Assembly (NCBI GenBank): GCA_030704615.1
Contig: CM060734.1
Span: forward strand, 29,140,001-29,204,000
DNA from: Takakia lepidozioides
Taxonomy: Eukaryota > Plantae > Bryophyta
Reading direction: 5' to 3'
DNA length: 64,000 bases
The notes below the pieces were generated by a model, which was given only the letters and a program-made list of their open reading frames with translations, had not been told where the DNA came from and did not search any database. The translations under genes and the position numbers were made by a program. This document shows, in pieces, positions 59,570 to 64,000 of the stretch (position 1 is the stretch's first letter; every line of letters starts with the position of its first letter).

Positions 59570-62500
59570 GCAACGACACTACCGCGTGAGCTTGGCGCGT
59601 GAGCGTGTGAGCGTACGCTCACACAATAATGACGTGGCGTGAGCCTACACTCACGCTGCTGACATGGCGCTGATGCTGACGTGGCGTGAGCCTGGTCCAG
59701 GTCATGCCACGTCACCACAAAGAAGGTGGGCCTATAACCGTGGAGCCCCCAACTGCTGATTTCACCACATGAAGGTGAAACGGATGAAGGGTTTTGGGCT
59801 TTCCTGGAATTCAACCTTCTGTTAACAGGAGCTTCATTTCGTAGAACTGAAATGAACCTCGTGTCGACACAAGGGGGATTTGGAGAACTTCAACAAAACC
59901 TCGTGTTAAGACGAGGTTGTTTTCCTGGAACAAAAATGAACTTCGTGTTGACACGATGTTGTTTTCTGAGAACTAAAATCATCCTTGTGTCAACATAAGG
60001 AGGATTTGGAGAACTTCAAGTAAACCTCGTGTTGAGACGAGGTTGATTTGATCATCTGTCTATCTGAAGGTAGTTTCTTGTGTTTGCTAATGAAAAGAGA
60101 ATGACAAACCAATGCGACAAATGCATTGACCCATGCATAGCAAAGATATTAGACGACATACATTGAGAGTCACTGGACTTGAACAGTCATTCCATTACAA
60201 GTTGTAGTCAAGGAAAACACAGATTTTTATGGGCTTGTATCCCGCTGTAGAAATGTGTTGACTTCGTTGAAACTCATAGTGGCTTGGTGAATGAAGAAGT
60301 CGCGCTTTGGATCACAAACCATCCTTCTCAAGAAGACGAAGTAAAGGTGTTTGCACGGTATGAACTTCCCTCTCTTTCCCAAACTACTTGAAAGCATACC
60401 AACAAAATCAGGACATGTACAATTGGGAAAATTGGAAACAGTGATTTCGTACGTCCTGTCCTGCAGCGCAGATGCGGATGAGATCATGGTGAAGACCCGA
60501 CCATACCCTGGATCAGGCACTTCCATTGTTCCCGCAACACGAGCGTGAAGCATTCTGGCGGACTCAATTTTGCCGTAGTGTTCTGCGGTTGGAGGGAATC
60601 GTCGAACCAGCTTCCCATTCCGTCTGGTTGGCCACAAGTGAGCGTCAGGCGGAGGTACCCGTGAACCGCTTCCACTTGAAGCACCTTCACGTGCAATGGA
60701 ATGTCTGGCTAGGGAGAAACCCGCCTCTTCCAGCATTGCGATCTCTCGGTGAGTGAGACCTGTGCCCATCTTCACAGGCCACACGGTTGGTGGAGTAGGC
60801 TTCCTTACCACGGAAGGCCTCACTGTACCATGCACACATCTCCCACAATCGTCAGTGCAGAACCAGAACTTGTGGTTCTTTGCCTCGCCTTGTCCGTAAG
60901 GGAGAAACAAACCCGTGAATGTAGGAGTGCAATGCGTTCTTTCCCTCTGGAGATTAATGATGTACATTTTTCATGATTGGTGGCCCTGATCGCCGCGCAT
61001 TTCACACGAGATCCAGCACTTGTGCGTTCTATATGCCAAACCTCGTCCAAGCCCATGGACTCGATTATATGCGGCACCACGTTCTGGTCTTCAACCATTG
61101 CAGTGACAATGCTTGATGCAGGGGTCCGGTCTGGGGCAGAGTAGCCCTCACCTGTGGATGTTCCGCAATTCCATCTCTGATCCAAGGGAACACGTGGCGT
61201 CGAGAAGTTCACCCTGTCCGCCCTATGGGAATCTGCATCCGATCCCGGAGGGGTGTCCAATTTCCGTTTGCAAGACCCGAATCTCTCTTCGCCTTCTAGA
61301 TGGGGAACTCTTCCCACGAGAGGGGTGCCATCTGCACATATGCTCACTGCCCGCGCTATTTTGCTGGGATCCCCTGATCTTCCAGCTGCCCGCAACATCA
61401 ACTCGCTCCTGTCCGGACCTTTGCCACCAAGGCCACCCCTCAAGAATGACCTATATCTGGTTTGCTGCTGCAGAGCACGAATGAGGTCATCGGCCGTCGC
61501 CGCATACAAATCTCTCCCTTTTTGCCGGATTGCTGCAACCAGGCATTGTGCACTGTCTCCGCAAGATTGCAAGAAGGCATGTCCGCCATCTCCTCAATGG
61601 ACATATGCTGCAAGGAAAAAAAAAAAAAACCGATATTAGGATTGGACCCTGAAAGATATATCCGAAGCACCCAAACGAAGGTGAATACAAACCACTCACC
61701 GTTGTCATGGCCGCTCCCCACTGTCGGTAACGGAAGTGCCAAAATGCGAACCAGTCTTGCAGTGCCCTCATGTTGTCCTCCGATGCCGCTCCAGATGAGT
61801 ACCACCAGGCACGAATTGTCTGGAACAATGTATTCGCTTCCCCCATAGTTTTGGCGTCTTTGTACTGGTTGCACAGTTGGCGATGCATAGTCTGCATATC
61901 TGGCTTGATGTATGTCTTTGTGTGTTTGTCCAGGGATTGTGTCCAATGGAAAAGACATGTACGTTCTCTTCCAGGCATTGGCACTTTTGGGTCTCCTGTC
62001 CTGAACACAATGCGGACAGCGTTGAAGTTAGCTTGAGCACTATCGGCCATGAAACCAACGAAATTGGGAGATGGGACCATAACTCGAATGAGAGCTTCCC
62101 ACATGAGCTGTTGTGAATCTGTGTCCTCTGACTGCATGTCACACACTGCAATTGTCATGACCCGCTGGTACACAGGGTCGTAAACATGACATGCCATTGT
62201 GGTCCAGTCTTTAACCCTCTTTGACATGATCGAACATAAGGAAGCAGTTGCCAAGATCGCCACCCTTCTGCATACGTTTAACCAGGCTGACCCCGCTGCC
62301 CTCACCTTTTGTGGACATTTTGAACAAGAACACTTTCCTGGCTCCTTGTCTCGGGAAAACGCTGTCTTGGATGTAGTCATACATGCTCCTTTTCTTCAAA
62401 TCCATAATATTGTCCATATAACCTCGGCTCCCAGAGCCCATTCTTAAAGCGTTCACCTGATTCCTAATGTTTGGAGAAGTCAAAGTTGAGAAATGGTCCA

Positions 62501-64000
62501 TAACAGTGTCCAAAGCCGATCCCTCCAGTATTCCTCCAACCGAATTTGATGCACACAGAATACGGCTTTCCAGAAAGGACTTGCTCACCCCCATGGCAAT
62601 TGCAGATGTGGTTCCAGTTGGATTGGTATCCAACTCTTGCCTTATCAGACGCGAGACTGTGTCAACGCTCTCCCTATAATCCCCCTTGGACACAGGGTGG
62701 TTGTGAAAACCGAAATGGACACAGGCTCTAGTCAGGGTTTTGAATCGATGCACCACATAATACATTCTGGCGCCACACAAAGCAAGGCAGCAAGGTGGTA
62801 CCCTACAGAACTTGCACACAAAAGTGTTACTGTATGGTGGTGTCACCCCAGGCTTGAATGGATTCTCACTGACACCATCCCATTCGCTTTGCTTTTACAC
62901 ACCTGACAATGCGAAGTGTCTGCATTTCATGTTCTCGCATTTCAGGTGCCCATTACAGACTGTTCGCCTGAATATGAGGTTGTCGTTGTTGTGAATATTG
63001 GAGGTTTTTGTGCGGCACCAAGGGTGCCCATCGTGCTTTTTGTCCATTCCTTCCAGGAGACTGGAAATGCCCCCCACGCGACCAGGAGGAGGTAGCTCGA
63101 AAACAGTATTACCATCAAAAGATTCCGGCAAGAATGCCACCCTTTGAATATTGAAAGTGCTCCAGTCTATCCCCCTCAACTCACTCTTGAATCCTGCCAT
63201 CCCACCCATGGCTTTCAGTTTAGGAATGACACTGGTGATCTCCTCCACATCTGCTTCTACATGTGGACATGGCTGATCCACGGGCGGTATTGCACATGTG
63301 TCATCGGAGGATGAGTCCGAAAGCTCAACTACAGTGTTAACGGTACTCGTCTCTTTCTTGACAACCACGGGTGTTTTCTCCTGGGCCACTGATGCTGCCG
63401 TGCCAGGAGTTACAAAAGATCCTGCAGACTATCTCAGAGGAGCACTGAGCACCCTGTATCTGCCTGGAGGCACTCTCCATTGTGTGGCTGGTGCAGTATG
63501 CGAAGGTTTCTGGAACACGTACTTGAGCAGTTTTCCATTGGCATCGTACACTTCCCTTTGAAGGAATAGAGTTCCATTTTCCAACCAAACTGCGTTGCGA
63601 GGACGTGTTCATGCACCAGCGCAAAACCATCATCTTCCACCTCGTAAGAAAATGGCACAGGTGGTCCTCACTGAAGAAGTCCGCGTCAAGGGAGCCCATG
63701 GCCTGGGAGGCCATATGTCGATGTTGCTTCAGAAAGTAGAGTTCACAGTCCGACGGTGCTTGTGAATGCAAATTGTGTGGGAGCGGATTTTTTGGCGTCC
63801 TCACAGAGAATTGCAGGTATCGCTCCGGCTTGCAGATCTCCTAACGCGGGTTTCCACTTCTGTGAAATGTCTCCCCATGCAAACCAAGCGCATGGTCACA
63901 GAGTGCCCAAATGCGGAGTCCATAATGTCAGCCCTAATCCTAGAATCCAACTGATTTTTCACAAGTGCCCCACCAGTGCATTCGTTGACAGATTGACTGA
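59570..64000 (-). mobile_element. MULE-like transposon encoding GCM-like zinc domain, DDE transposase and SWIM finger (continues beyond window; frameshifted)
   Basis: HDGHPWCRTKTSN...CNGHLKC; CKFC...C...HNHP; FDHVK...FMADSAQA...CLFHW (MULE CxxH); SWIM CTCPDF...CKH; GT-AG intron ~61609-61699. End GCAACGAC..GCGTGAGC resembles the end at 38390-38413. Confidence 0.8.
59855..60045. repeat. Five ~42-bp units each with a palindromic core
   Basis: Variants of AACCTCGTGTT(A/G)AGACGAGGTT at ~59855, 59897, 59939, 59981, 60023. Confidence 0.8.

Overview
Eukaryotic, intron-containing plant nuclear DNA, most likely a non-seed land plant (inferred from gene content, not proven). It is dominated by nested, mostly decayed transposons around two apparently intact host genes (a Wee1/Myt1-family kinase at ~19.3-23.5 kb and an HHO/NIGT1-type GARP transcription factor at 43.2-46.6 kb) and a broken sugar-transporter (STP) gene. 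The stand-out system is a Ty3/Gypsy LTR retrotransposon family, present as two long copies (1-5544 +, 53530-59569 -) and one gag fragment. Its polyprotein has the order gag-protease-DNMT3-like C5 cytosine methyltransferase-RT-RNaseH-integrase-PHD finger, so the element carries its own DNA-methylation writer and a putative histone reader. Other elements: a second Gypsy family with an extra ORF upstream of gag; an IS3EU-like DDE transposase whose first exon lies on the opposite strand from the rest; a Copia interrupted by an RNaseH + restriction-like-endonuclease LINE (13-bp TSD) and by a MULE/SWIM element carrying a hairpin/poly-T array; a PIF/Harbinger; a CACTA end; a GCM-like/MULE/SWIM transposon; and several tandem repeats. 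Boundaries marked ~ were read by eye.
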